Source of the DNA: Mytilus edulis
Lineage: Eukaryota
Assembly: GCF_963676685.1 (NCBI RefSeq)
Contig: NC_092345.1
Coordinates: 29,078,001-29,142,000, forward strand
Direction of reading: 5' to 3'
DNA: 64,000 nt
Shown: piece by piece, positions 11,983 to 26,186 of the stretch
Layout: every line of letters starts with the position of its first letter
Position numbering within the stretch: position 1 is the stretch's first letter
Notes under the pieces: model-generated
The model's database searches: none
Told to the model about the DNA's origin: nothing
What the model saw: the letters and a program-made list of their open reading frames with translations, nothing else
Translations under genes and position numbers: made by a program

Positions 11983-14900
11983 AGTCAATTTCTAGATGCA
12001 AGTATATGAGGCAGGCTGAGCCGATCTGTCCCCTATATTTAAAGGTTGATGGGTCAGAATGATGACAAACAGACAAATATAAGTACACATGACACAACAT
12101 AGAAAACTAAAGACTAAGCAACACGAACCCCCACCAAAAACTGGGGGAGATCTCAGGTACTGCGGAAGGGTACGCAGATCCTGCTCCACTTTTAAATTAT
12201 TTTGTTTTAATTTACCGACAGTTTTTTTTTTATCAAGTGACCTATAGCTAAACCATTAGTACTATCAGTAGAACTTCTGCAATCGCTGAACCTAAGTGAA
12301 ACTGAACTTGATGAAAGTATATGTAAACACACGTGGAAGTTAGAAACGGTTAATTGATTTTGAAGTAAAAACACCAAATAATTTAACAACCTTTCTTATG
12401 GTTAATGTAAAGTTTAATCTACAATGAAAATGCATGAGAGATACAAACAAAAGACAACAATAAACATTGCTTAATTTTCTCGCTCATTTTTCACATTGTC
12501 CATCAATCTGTGTTGATTGTTTATCGAGGTATCAATCGGTAAAATTCGTCATCAAGACGAAAAAGTAAATCCTCAGCTTAATTTTCAACAACCTATATGG
12601 AATAGTTTTTGTCATTTATGCGTTTTGAATTCGTGATAAATGTTTTATAAGACTTACACAAAGGACTAAGTTTTGTGTATATGTTTGCGTTAGTTCAATA
12701 ACTTAATTAACCTTATAATTACAAAAAACTAGTTTCATATGACTTTAAATGTACACTAAGAAGGTCGTTTTTGTCGGGGTGATTGAAAGACCAGGTGATC
12801 ACAAATAAAATAATGTGTGGTACTTAATCAGGTAAGACATATAGGATGTATTTGTTCATTATATATAGTCCTTCAGATTTTGCTTAAAATCATGGAACCT
12901 TATTCAATTAATATTATTTCTATATACATATGATTTCTTGTAATCATATATCTTTTTAGATTCGACCATTTATACGAGAACTATTATTCATGTTTACAAT
13001 AAACGACCCTGGACGGACGAAAATAGAATAAACTCGAAGTAAACTGAAGTCTAGGTGAAACGATCTATACTCGTATGGATCAGATGACATAGCATGTTTG
13101 CGAAATTTGCATGTTTTCCCCCCATGTATTACATTATATTATTTGTTAGTGTAACAGTCACAGTCTCTTTCTTCGTTCAAAACTAGTATAGACTAAGTCC
13201 TTACCAATTGAGTTCTCTAAAAATTCCACAAAATCGTTATATAGGGATAGTTAAGAAAATTAGTGTTAGTTGAAACTCTAAAAAAGTTCAGGGCATATAA
13301 ACGTTGAAAATATGCCACACAACCCTATATTTTGACCTTTGAAAAAAATTGTAGTGAATATGAATTTTCAATTCTAGGATAAGATTTTTTTCAAAACTTC
13401 ATAGTAAAAGTGGTACAGTTTTAGCCGTAAAAAGAGTTCCTATGGGAAATTGCATTGTCAATATTTACAGAAATGCAACCTAAAAGAAATATCAAAATAT
13501 TAGAAATTAACAAATGCAGAAATTTTGTGACTGATACTTTTTTTCACAGATTACCAGTATAAATGATGCAGGAACCCTATAATTAGTCTTATAAAGAGAT
13601 TTTTTTTATTTATGATTCAATTTTATCGCACTAAAACGTATCTTATCAACTTAAGTATGAATTGTCCCAATATATATACTTTTTAGTACTTAGATCTTGT
13701 ATAACACTGAGATTATCTTCGTTTTTCTAGGGAATATGCACAGATGAAACGAGATATTCTCATTTCATGCGAAGGTTGAAAGTTCGGTATTGTTATTTCG
13801 GATATGTTGTGGATGAGATAAATTCTTCAAAAATAAAATTAAAGATTGGACCTCGTGCTTGTTTTTGAGTAAAAATGAGGTTCAACATTTAAAAATTCCG
13901 CAAATTTTCCTTCACCTTTTAGATTTTCTAAACTCCAATCGTGTCATAATATAAAAAAAACCAGGCCTACTGTAAAGAAAAAAAAAGGCCATTATGAAAG
14001 AAAAACCAGGGCCATTATGAATTATAATCCGGGCTATTACATAAATTTAAACAGTTTTTGAGGAAAAGAAGCATCATGAAATTGAAAGTTCCGTAGAATC
14101 GTGACCCAGTATCTTATTTTACCCAATTGTCATACTAATATTTACATTACGCATTTCATGATTTGTATCAATTTATCTAATATTGATTTTTAGAATTCAA
14201 AATGAAATCTTCTAGAGTATGCAATAAATTGCATTCTATTAAAATATATTTACGTGCACATGTTATTCCATCATATCACTTGCACTTGCACGGTAGGTAT
14301 AATGTCCGGCTAGGATCGTGGTTTTTCGAGTGATTTGGTCCATTTTTTTCCGCTTTTTCGAGTGATAAAACATGCGATAAGTTCAATTAGCGGATATTTC
14401 GTAATTATCATAGTTTTTAACATTACTACCCATCTTATATTGAATACTTTATATGTTTTTATTAACAAAGAAGCACAATTTCCTTGTTTTTCCTAAAAAA
14501 ACACAGTGTTTGTTATTGTCTGGGCTTTTTCGAGAGCAACTGTGAAATCGTCCGGGTTTTTAGACAAATGATCCGGGTTTTTCACAGAAAATTTGAATAA
14601 GAAAAAGGTATTCTAGATTTTAAAAATTGACTTTTTTCTAGTTTTTAACTGTAATTAAGTGAAGGACAATATCATATATTCCCAATAAGTCACCAAAAGC
14701 ATATCAAAATGAATCTTTTTTTCAATTTAATGCACATTTTCTGTTTGGAGAGCGTTATACATTTCCAACTACTTTCCAGTGTTCATTTAGAAATTACTTG
14801 ATCCTTAACAAAACGATGTCTAGAACATAATACAGGGAACTCATATTCATTTTAACTTCATTTCATGCTACTTTTGATTTTACAGTCAATAATATTTCTT

Positions 14901-16284
14901 GTGGTGAACTCCGGAGATTAATAAAAGAAACCTATTAATTAAAAAAGAAACATAAAAAAACACACACTTAACCCACCCCATTTGTATTGCCATTGAACAC
15001 AAAATTTGATAAATTTTCTGAAAAAATCAACAGTGAAATGTATAATTCATTAGCGTAAATATGATCCTTTAAGCAATGATAGACAAATACAAAATGTGTA
15101 TATTATATGCTATCACCAGCTAGATTGTCCAGTTCAGGAGCAACATTGTAATGTCTTGCAATTGATTAATATCCATATTTTCCATTTTTAGGCACTTTTC
15201 TTTTATTGAAAGGAAGTTATCATGTTGTTTAGTTGCTGTATTACATTTCACGCTTAATCAGACTCCTCCTCACAGTTGTAGCATTTAGTCATTTTCAGTT
15301 TCCATTTCTTAAACAATAAAATAAATAATACAAGATACAAGAAAATTGTTAATGAAATATCTAAGATGTATACTCTTTTAAAAACAAACATTTATCTCAT
15401 CTCATACAATATATGTATGTACGTCTCAATTCGAATTGTCTATGCTTATGTTCCGGACCATATGAGTATTATGACCATACGCGTATGGTCACGACTATAA
15501 TGCGTATACTCATATGGTCAAACTGTACGCGTATGGTCGGACCATATGATAGATATAGGAAGACGTGGTATGACTGTCAATGAGACAACTCTCCATCCAA
15601 ATAACACTTTATAAAAGTAAACCATTACAGATCAAGGAACGGCCTTCAATATGGGGCATTGGCTCACACCGAACAACAAGCTATAAAGGGTCCCCAAAAT
15701 AACTAGTTCCAAATCATACAAACGAGAAAACTAACCGCTCACATGTATTTCAGAGGAGAAGATTTTTAAATGTTAGCAAACAGGATAAACAAATTGTGTA
15801 AAATGTTCTTTAAAGGGCAATAACTCCTTAAGGGGTCAATTGACAATTTTGGTCATATTAACTTTTGTGTAGATCTTACTTTGCTGACCATTATTGCTGT
15901 TTACAGTTTATATCTATCTATAATGATATGAGCCAGTCCATGCGAAAAGGTACCAAAACGAAAGTTTTTCGAAATTCTAAAAAGTGTGCATAATTATTGG
16001 TAGTGGACTTGTGATTTATAAAACAAATTTACTTTTCCTCATATCCTAAAGCTGTGAGCTATACGCAACTGCAAGTGCTGACCCCCTTAGATTTATCAAG
16101 ATTTTTAATGGTTTATTTCATAAATTTCAATAATTTTCAATGTACAGTTTAAATTGCTTGATTTGTCAAATGATAATGTTATCTTCGGTAGCAGTGGGGA
16201 TAAGGCTCTCGCTTACGATGCTGATATCAATGCTAATAGAGGTTTCCCGATTTGCTACGGTACCAACCGTAGTACGAACTGGGA

Positions 16285-17845
16285 GCCGTCACATGGTTCT
16301 CAAACCTTGCCGAATGTTCTGACCTCCGGCGAACGGTGGCTCACTTACGACAGGGGATCAGACCCTCCAAGAAACTCACAAACATAAAGGACATACAGCG
16401 GTACCTGAATGTAACTTCGTTAGCTAACGATGGACTATTATTTAGTAAAAAGAAACCTTCTGTTTACACCTTGTCGTGAATTAATAATTGTACCGCGGCA
16501 AGTATTAGATGGATTAATTACTTCAATTCACATTAAATTAGACCATCCGTCGTGTCACCAGATGAAGTCTATATTACAATGATAGTTACTTTTACGCATT
16601 AGACATGGACAAGGCTATCGAATCTGTAACTAGTAGCTGTCATCTGTGTGCTTCATTGTTGAAGACCCCAAAGGTTCGCGAAGAGCAGAATTCAGCAGAT
16701 CCCCCTGTAACTATTGGTTCATCATTTGCCGCAGATGTCTTAAAACGAGAGCGTCAGTTAGTTTTTGTTTTACGAGAATGTGTAACTTCTTGGACCTTTA
16801 CCAAACTGTTAGATACTGAGCGCCATCACGATTTACGAGATGCAATTATTCAACTTCTTGCTGAAGTCCACCCTCTAGACGGCCTTTATGCTGTTATTAG
16901 GACCGACCCCGCATCTGGTTTTAAAACTTTAGTAAAAGACGAACTGTTAGCTAGACAACGAATCACTATAGAATTAGGCCGTCCCAAAAATGCAAATAAA
17001 AACCCCGTTGCTGAGAAAGCTATTCAGGAACTAGAAGATGAAATACTTCGTTCGAACCCGTCAACCCCAGTATAAACACCATTAACGCTTTCACTTGTCA
17101 CAGCTCGACTGAATACACGTATTCGAAACCGAGGATTATCTGCACGAGAAATGTGGACACAGAGAGATCAGTTTTCAAATAACCAAATACCGCTCACCGA
17201 TCAAAACTTAAGTATTGCTCAACACGAACAACGATTAAAGAATCATCCACACAGCGAGAAGACAAAGTGTCCATCAGGCAAATTACCCGTGTGTCCGTAT
17301 CTAGAAATTGGTGACATAGTATATCTACGATGTGACCTCAACAAAACTAAGTCACGCGATAGATACCTAGTGGTAGCTGTTGATACTCCATGGTGCAATA
17401 TTCGTAAATTCATTGGATCACAATTAAGACAAAATTCCTATCGTGTGAAATGTTCAGATTGCTACAAAGTTTACTATGAAGTTTCGCAACTTGAAAACCG
17501 TCAACACCTACTGTCGCATTCCGATGACGACAACGATGAAAGAGTGACCGACAGCTCCTCACCTACATCTGTGCCGGTAATTCCTAAAGCTATATCCGAC
17601 CTTCCAACATTGCCGTCAGTAATACCGCATCACATTACCCAAATTAGAAAATGTTGAACATCCTCTTAGTACAAACAGTCCGGCATGAATTTAAGTAACG
17701 ATAACTTTGAAATGGACTTACCAGAGAAAAACATATATTGACTCTCAAGAAAATGAACAAAATTTCTGATCATCCGATTCAATTAGTCGACCGGATCGCC
17801 AGCGCTCACTTCCAAAGAAATTCAATGACTATGTTATGTACTGAA
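16285..17845 (+). pseudogene. Ty3/Gypsy pol 3' part (integrase), frameshifted
   Basis: SDLRRTVAHLRQG...; HHCC zinc finger (HIKLDHPS...CHLC); D,D(35)E core (AADVL...IRTDPA...NPVAEKAIQELE); GPY/F-like region (IGDIVYL...RDRYLV). Includes ORFs 16605-17075 and 17151-17657. Confidence 0.85.
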
Positions 17846-18000
17846 TGAGTGTAATGGAGAGATTCTCAAATGTATATAGAACAGTTCAAATTTATTTTTG
17901 TTTAATTATTGTAGTTAAGGAGCAGAATAATCCCCAACACCAGAGGGCAGTCTACCCTGTGAAGGTGTTTGTAATTGTGTAAAAATAAAGAGAAAAAAAG

Positions 18001-18185
18001 TGATAACGCCAGGTAGTTTCATATTCCGGAAACGGTTTTCCGATGTGTGTTTGACATTTAACATTAACGCTCTCTCTTCCTGTTTAACGATTATATAACT
18101 TGGCATGTTTTACTATGTTAGTCAATAAATAGACAATATCTCAAGTCGTACATTTGTGTAGTGATTTTCCTTATTGGCGTTGTCA
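18001..18185 (+). repeat. 3' LTR of the Gypsy element
   Basis: Preceded by a purine tract aaagagaaaaaaag. Termini TGATAACGCC...GGCGTTGTCA form an inverted repeat. TATA-like motif at ~18092 and AATAAA at 18124. Confidence 0.8.
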
Positions 18186-18697
18186 AATCTTGGGACCACC
18201 ATTTTAAAGAGGATTATGTGCATGATCACATTATGAATGATTTAATCAGCTTGTAAATGAAAGAAACTACCGTAAAATAACAAACAGATGTATCTACAAA
18301 AAAGTAATTGCAGTGTTTTATTTCTTTAAAGATAGTTCTTATTAATGAAGTATTTGAAAGTATATTTACAAATGCACAAATCTTCTGTTCAGATATAATT
18401 ACCTAGCTTTACAAATTTTAGGCATGGTGATTGCTACTTCCTCCGTTTGTTTTTATCTAGGTTTACCGCAAAGAAACGATAAGTCTAGAAAAATTCCGAA
18501 AATATATAACTCGTGTGTTTGCATATTTGGACACGCCCTCACATTACAATCATTCGAGCCGATTGGATCCAGACTCTACATATGCACTTATAGGGAGCGT
18601 CTGGATAATCGAGACTACAACAGCACTAACAGTTGCTTCACGTACCATGGCCAACCGTACCTGATACGTAGCAAATCGGGAAACCTCTATTAAACCG

Positions 18698-18942
18698 GGC
18701 AACGGTTCGAATCCCGTGCAACGAATTAAGGTTAATTTATATAAATTATTAAATAACTTAAGGCAACGGTTTGAATCCCGTGCAACGAATTAAGGTTAAT
18801 TTATATAAATTATTAAATAACTTAAGGCAACGGTTCGAATCCCGTGCAACGAATTAATGTTAATTTATATAAATTATTAAATAACTTAAGGCAACGGTTC
18901 GAATACCGTGCAACGAAGGTTAATTTATATAATATAACTTAA
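18698..18942 (+). repeat. 64-bp tandem repeat (~3.7 copies), each unit with a Pol III B-box-like motif
   Basis: Units start at 18698, 18762, 18826 and 18890. Each contains GGTTCGAATCCC or a one-base variant; the first three also contain the palindrome AATTTATATAAATT. Confidence 0.9.
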
Positions 18943-20728
18943 GTTAACTTAACTTAACTTTTAAATTTCAATTTCTAAAACAAAAGATGACATTATTTTT
19001 GTATTTTCATTCATGATTAAATGTTGTCTTACTTTCTTTAAACCTGTAGAACTGATGAAATTTATTGACCTTTTGTCTCTATAGTGTCGTAAATCTTTAA
19101 GTTTCTGGTCAGTATAGCATTAGTCCGGGGAACAAATGATTTAACACTTGCTCAAATACAAAAAAAACCCAGATATTTTAACGTCTTTTTCTGTTTTAAT
19201 TGACAAATTCGGGATAGAATTGGCAATTTTATGAATGTTTACATTAATGTAAGTTTTTTTTCGAACAAAAGTGTTTTTTCAAAAATATTATAACAAACTT
19301 TGATAACGTGTCCTGTAAAGTTTATCAAAAAGACTGTTTGTACCTTTTCGCATGGACTGGCTCATATATAATCTATTATAATATTCAAGATAATAACAAA
19401 AAAACTGCAAAATTTCCTTAAAACTACAAATTTAGTGGCAGCAACCCAACAATGGGTTGTTTGATTTGTCTGAAAATTTTAGAGTTGATAGATCTTGACC
19501 AATTAAACAATTGTACTCCAAACGAGAAACACGTATAAATTACATAAACAAACGACAACTACTGTACATCAGATGAGTATTTACTCATTTAGTTATTAAC
19601 GAACCGGACCATATGAGTATTGGGACCATATAGGTATACATTAGAAACGATTCAATAATACAATAAACTTATCTATAACAATGGCGGTTACATGAAATGT
19701 ATTAATTTTATAGTTCAAAGGCTACCCAAATTAGCACAAGTTACAAGTTGAGACCCATTGTCTTTCAATTAATTCTCTTAATATGGGTGTATCTGTTTTC
19801 TGTCCGTCTCTAGTATCAATTATTAGACTCTTTATCATATCGACTATTTTGTCAGTTAGTAAAACAGTTGAACTCTGACTTGTTTAACAGTTCATTAAGA
19901 CATTTTTGGAAGTTATCTTCCAAGTCGACATTTTGCTGTTCAGTAATAGTTATCCCATGAGGTCCAAATACTTATATGGTCCGGAACACTCACATAAGAT
20001 TGTTGACATCACGGATATATACTGTACATGCAATTTACAAGATGTTAGAAAAAGAATATATACAAATGAACGATACTTGTTTATAAAATGCAAGTGTTGA
20101 TACACCATGTGTCTTGAAAGTACTTAATTTTAGCTTTTATTTTATAGTTCTTAAACGTAAACACATACTATTTTTAGCTATAAGAAATGTGTATAATCAC
20201 TCGATAAAAAAAGGACACACGTACTCGAAAAAGTCCGGACTGCTCTCGAAAAAACCCGGACATGAAAAACTGAATTTAGTCTCAAAATGTCGTTTTCAGT
20301 ACAAAATAATAGTTTTTGTAAAGTGTCTGTATATCTAAGGATTTATAGATTCCATGTATACCTTTCTGTCGATATTTGCATTGGTATGTGTAAGAAAATG
20401 GCTCTATTCTGTATTTTGGAATAAAAGCATTTTAAGTCTGAATTTAACTTTTACGAAAAGCAATGTCAGAATGATACTATCTTTATATCTCAAATATTAG
20501 CATATCATGTATAACCTTGTATAGCAAACTCAAGCTTCTATATATATATCACGTTTTGTTAGAAAAGAAGTCTGTTTGTTTACGTAAAGTTTTGATCATA
20601 TTCACTCGATAAAAAGTGGTCACATTTGATAAAGCCCGATCAAATCACTCGAAAACAACGATCCTAGCCGGACACTATCCCTACCGTGACTTGACAGTGT
20701 CGTTTTTATATTGCATTTAGTATACAAT

Positions 20729-21175
20729 TAGAATGAAATTCAAAACAGTGTGGCTGTGGCCATTGATTGACACATTAAATTCATCCATTGACTGGGACAA
20801 TTTACATGAACGTTTGTCTGTAACGACCACTGTTCACGAAGTACCTACGATAGTCATTTAAACTGTGGGGTCACCAAAGGTTTCTTAACGCCTTTAATTA
20901 TAAAATATTTCAAAAAATAAATCAGGAATAACCTTTATGTTTTGATTTATATAATTGATATAAATCAAAACATCGTGTTATTTCTGATTAGTTTTTCGAA
21001 TTACTTTATTAAGGTGTTGAGAACCTTTGGTGACCCCATAGTTTAAGTGTCTTTAAAAAGTACATAGTGAGCAGTGGTCGTGACATACAAACGTTCACCT
21101 AAATTGTCCCAGTCAATGGATGAATTTAATGTGTCAATCAATGGCCACAGCCACACTGTTTTGAATTTCATTCTA
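20729..21175. mobile_element. Foldback MITE with ~200-bp inverted repeats
   Basis: TAGAATGAAATTCAAAACAGTGTGGCTGTGGCC... is mirrored at the other end. Confidence 0.85.
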
Positions 21176-23596
21176 TACATTATACAATTTGTCCACAAAA
21201 AAAATGTAGGTTTGGAAAGATATTACTATGTATACATACTGTATGTTTTTGTATGGCAAGTAGTGAAATTATAATACAGTATCATAATCTGAATCTATTA
21301 CACATTGACGGTTCAATCAATAAAAGTATCAAGAAATTGGTGTTTTCAAATTAACTCTGTTATTTCATTTTTGTTCTCGGTTAGATGTAATAACCTCGGC
21401 GTTCCCTCGTACAATTACACGCACCTTGGACATAAACCAATGGTCATTATCAAACACCCATTAATTGATACTAAAGTGTTCATAGCTAATTTAGCGTAAT
21501 TGGTTCTTTATCGGGAAAGAGTGTATGCAATTATGTTTGAATGTACTGTATGTGTTATCAACCACTTAAACTTGTTTGACGGCCTCTCTGTCAGATTTAT
21601 TTGTATGTTTAATTGAATTTTGAATCCAGCTTTATTGTCTGTCTGCAATGTATTTTAACCTAAATTTCGCTGCTGGATCCCAATTATTAGGAACGTGTAT
21701 ATGAAGTTGTTACTATACAACTACAATTTAAAGGGTCAATTGTATTTATCAAAGTACTATTGCTAATGAGACAACTTTCCAACAGGTACCAAATGATGGA
21801 CAAGTGAACAACGATAGGTCACCGTACGTCACCCAACACTGGGCATATCCCATACTCAAATCTATAAAAGACATCGACATGACAAATGTAAAGCTATTCA
21901 AACGTGAATTTAACCAGCAGCCTAGAACATAAACGAAAAAAACATATCATATACAGGAACAAACGAAAACTACTGATGCATGTTTGCAATGTATGTTTAC
22001 ACAGTTTTGTCTGCTTGATCTGGATTACTGTCACGTTAACGATTAATGTCTGGTTGGGTTGCTTACATTTTTTGTCAATATAATGCAACTTTAAACAACT
22101 GAAATACAAGTGGACGGTATTTCTTAATATAAAACCAGGTCCGACCATCTATTTTCTTTAAAAACATGCCTGTACCATGTCATGTCTGTTTGCTAGCTCC
22201 CCCTTTTGAATATACCTTAAAGTTCGGTATTTTTGTGTGACCTTTTTTTTCTTTTTTTATCTCATAAAATTGAAATAATGTTTTGCCTTTTATATGGAAA
22301 CAACTGACTGATTTGATTGAATGTTTTACGGAGACATTCGGTACATATTTTACGGATCTTATGCGTCACAGATGAAATATTTTCACAGACACACTTATTA
22401 CTGCCTTTTTCGTTATGTATAACAATTTTATAAATTCTTATTTGAAACTTTATTATTATAAGGTCATTTGATTTTACTTATCTGTTGGAGTACAAACAGT
22501 TAACAATCTCTTTCGTTATGCAATAGTCTCATTAATAAGAATTCTACAAAATGCTACAAAACTTTCTATTATAGATAAAGTGAATTAATAAATACAACTT
22601 TGTTTATAACAAAAATGACCGACGTAAATACAAATATCTTGTTTCAAAATGTCTCAACTCATTGAAACCATATGATATGTAAAAAAGTAAAATACAAAAG
22701 CTGAGCTCCGAGGAAAATTCTTAACGGAAAGTCCCTAGACAAAACCAAAAGTTCAAACACATCTTACAAATAGATAACAACTGTCATATTCCTGACTTAT
22801 CATCCGATACGTTAATTGTGACATTTGACTGAGTGAAATCACGTGATTCATGAATAGCAGGATATGTTTACCCAGTCAGCTCCTTTCGAAGTGCATGCAA
22901 AAAAACAACATTCATTTATGAATCATCATGATTGATTTTTTAATGTACAAAAAAGTTAAAATCACAAAAATACTGAACCCGAAGAAAAATCAAAACGAAA
23001 AGTCCCTTATCAAATGGCAAAATCAAAGCTCAAACACATCAAACGAATGGATAACAGCTGTCACATTCCTGACTTGGAATCATGTATTTCTTACGTTTTT
23101 TTAAAATATGTGAGCTTGACCGAATCTAGGTCATATTACTAAGTTTCATGGGACAACAAACTTATTTTTTTTGCATAAAGTTTTCTATCTCCAAATTTAA
23201 GAATTATTTGGATATCACTCTGATAAATGGAACCAGTAATTGAGATTTATTTATTATAGAAAGCATCAAAATACATCTTTGTATATGTTAGCTATATTTT
23301 CACAGGAAATGTGGAGTAAGGAAAATTTGCATGCCGTATCCATGGTAACCAAAACATTTCAATGAATCAAAAAAAAAAAAAGTTATGTTTTTCAACATAT
23401 ATTAGGAGGTCCTTCAAATTTATGTTGAAATTCAAAAAATATGCAACCATGCATTTCCAGCTAATTTTGGTCATTACTGATAATTGCTTAAAAGGACGTG
23501 TGTTTAAACAAAGTGCATTCCTAATGGAACGAACTATATATCGCATGTTTGTTTATCTAAAGAAAAATGAAAGAAACTGGTATAATTACTAACTTC

Positions 23597-24305
23597 AATA
23601 AAATTAAGAATGGAAATGGGGAATGTGTCAAAGAGACAACAACCCGACCATAGAAGAACAGACAACAGCAGAAGGTCACCAACAGGTCTTTAATGCAGCG
23701 AAAAATTCCCGCACCCGGAGGCGTCCTTCAGATGGCCCCTAAACAATATATTTACTAGTTCAGTGATAATGAACCCCATACTAAACTCCAAATTGTACAC
23801 AAGAAACTAAAATTAAAAATAATACAAGACTAACAAAGGCCAGAGGCTCCTGACTTGGGACAGGCGCAAAAATGCGGCGGGGTTAAACATTTTTATGAGA
23901 TCTCAAACCTCCCCCTATACCTCTAGCCAATGCAGAAAAGTAAACACATAACAATGCGCACATTAAAATTCAGTTCAAGAGAAGTCCGAGTTTGATGTCA
24001 GAAGGTGTAACCAAAGAAAATAATCAAATTGATTGATTGATTGTTGGTTGCTTTACGCCACATTAGCAATAAACAAAATGACAATAATACATAAATAACA
24101 ACAGACTACTAGCAGTTAACTGACATGCCAGCTCCAGACTTCAATTAAACTGATTGAAAGATTATGTATTCATCATATGAATATCAGGTACAATCCTTCC
24201 CGTTAGGGATTTAATATCATACCATCATAACATATATGAAAAGAACATAACCCGTGTCATGTCAACAACTGTTTTTTAAATGAATTTATTTAGTTCCGAT
24301 GCAAA
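23597..24305 (-). mobile_element. Repeat family B copy
   Basis: Highly similar to 59066-59715. Confidence 0.8.
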
Positions 24306-25158
24306 GTTCATCTATAAAAGGTTGTTACTATGTGATCACAACTGAAACTAAGGATACCACCACTACACTTAATTCTGCCTTACATGTAAACTAACATCTA
24401 TAAATTTGCAAAGGGGATCGGATGAGAACTAAACTATACGACATTTTCCCCATTTTCAAAACTCAGATTGCGCCGTCATATGTAGTAATACAATTGTTGA
24501 TACCATATTCAAAATTGAAGTTTGTAAATACAGCTGTTTCACCAACCATGCCTCTTTTTTTGGGAGTGATATAATACTCATTCCAAGAAATTCTGTCTTG
24601 TGGGTTCTATATTACCTCTATGTTCATCTCATAGAGACATAACTTTGGAATGTTACAAGTATGGTTACACATATTGAAACTTAGAAAGACCCAAACGCAA
24701 TTGCAGTGGTAGTCCAGAATTGTATTACAAGTTAAACTATTTGATGTTTGGGGCAAACACATATTGACCTTTGAAAAAAGTTGTAGTGCATATGAATTCT
24801 CAATTCTAGGATATGATTTTTAACTAAACTTCATAGAAAAAGTGTCACAGTTTTAGTCGTTAAAGGAGTTCCTACGGGACATTGCTTTGCATTAATTACC
24901 GGGAGTAAAAACTTCAGAACTCGAAAAGATATGCCGGTATTGCTTTTAATCTGTTGTGTAAATCCAAGTCAGCAGATAGGACACGGGGAGTTTCACAAAT
25001 CAGCTGGAATATTTGACCCTTCAAGAGGACATTTAGTGTCCTATTTTTTGGTAGTTTTATGAGATCTGTTTGATTTCTCTTTGAAACAGTATTTGTTTGT
25101 ATCGGCGCTATCGTTTTTTTTTTTAAATTCACACACAAAAATTGATATACGCTTCTTA

Positions 25159-25609
25159 GGCCACAGACCACAATTAATTCCTCTATCAGTTCTTTATAAC
25201 CTTTTGCATCATTAAAAAAATTGCACCATGCACTTTTGTCTAATTTTTTGTGTGTGTAATGTATAGTCCTAGTCCAAATATATATCCAAAATTCAGAAAG
25301 ATTGTAACAATCACTTTCACAAATTTAGCCAATACACATCCATACCCCTATTGACAAATCAAGAGATGTTCCGAAAACTGTAAATATTACCTTTTTGCAC
25401 TTGGCCTAATCACTCATTCCAAATCAACAAAAGTTAAAATACAACATCCAAAAATTTATTTCACCTCTCTTCTTTCATTTCCACCAAAAAAAATCTAAGA
25501 AATGAGTGAGGAAGGGAAAGAAAAAAAATTAAGGAAAACTACACTCTAATTAAAAAGAACTATATTCGTGGACAACGAAAAGCGGGGTCATTAATTGTGG
25601 TCTGGGGCC
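25159..25609. mobile_element. MITE (GGCC termini, PIF/Harbinger-like)
   Basis: Inverted termini GGCC(A/C)CAGACCACAATTAAT; no clean TSD. Confidence 0.5.
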
Positions 25610-25741
25610 AGCATATCTATTTACTTATTTACTTTAGTTTTTTTCACACACTGTTTGATACGTTATTTCATCTTTTTACCCAGTACGAATATTTGTGACA
25701 TCACAGAATTTTCTTTTCGGCCAAATAAATGTAGATGCATA

Positions 25742-25985
25742 TAGTTATCAAAGGTACCAGGATTATATTTAATATGCCAGACGCGCTTTTCGTCTACACA
25801 AGACTCATCAGTGATGCTCAGATAAAAAAAAGTTATAAGCCAAACCAGTACAGAGTTGAAGAGCATTGAGGACCCAAAATTTCAAAAAGTTCGGCCAAAA
25901 CGGCTAAGGTAATCTATGCCTGGAATAAGAAAATCCTTAGTTTTTCGAAAAATTCAAAGTCTTGTACACAGGAAGTTTATATATA
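25742..25985 (-). mobile_element. Retrozyme/Penelope-type repeat with a hammerhead motif at 25774-25817
   Basis: The minus strand reads gcatcaCTGATGAgtcttgtgtagacGAAAagcgcGTCtggcat. Confidence 0.7.
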
Positions 25986-26184
25986 AAAAAAAATCCATGA
26001 GAACAACTCGATATGAACAGGCGTTTTGGCTAACAAGACATAGTAATGTTTAAAATATAAAAAAAACCCAGAAAAATACAACTTTTAAACTTATGGACTG
26101 AAGAAAAAAATAGTCAAAACGAAATAGTAATACAAAAGCCTTTGCTTTTTCTAACCTAAGCAAATAAATCAGGACGGCATTATA

Positions 26185-26186
<2 letters not shown>

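Larger units (their letters stand above)
16237..18689. mobile_element. TAG...CTA element (Academ-type termini) enclosing a Gypsy fragment
   Basis: Perfect TIR TAGAGGTTTCCCGATTTGCTACG, flanks CTAA/TTAA. Confidence 0.7.
15930..19363. mobile_element. Non-autonomous Sola-like DNA transposon
   Basis: Perfect 24-bp TIR GAGCCAGTCCATGCGAAAAGGTAC with a 4-bp TSD ATAT on both sides. Confidence 0.8.
15549..19572 (-). mobile_element. Repeat family C fragment split by later insertions (15549-15737 + 19519-19572)
   Basis: The two halves join into the sequence that is contiguous at 43706-43955. Confidence 0.7.
15449..19988. mobile_element. Non-autonomous TGT...ACA element (Ginger-like)
   Basis: TIR TGTTCCGGACCATAT(G/A)AGTAT, subterminal GACCATA repeats, 4-bp flanks CTTA/CTCA. 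Confidence 0.65.
14289..20688. mobile_element. Non-autonomous Transib-like DNA transposon (outermost layer of the nest)
   Basis: TIRs CACGGTAGG.ATA.TGTCCGGCTAGGATCGT... at both ends, with a perfect 5-bp TSD ACTTG (14284-14288 / 20689-20693). Confidence 0.8.

Noticed and set aside
18698-18942. CRISPR-like array or tRNA gene cluster
   Set aside because: Units are head-to-tail copies without unique spacers, and only a T-arm/B-box-like half is repeated.
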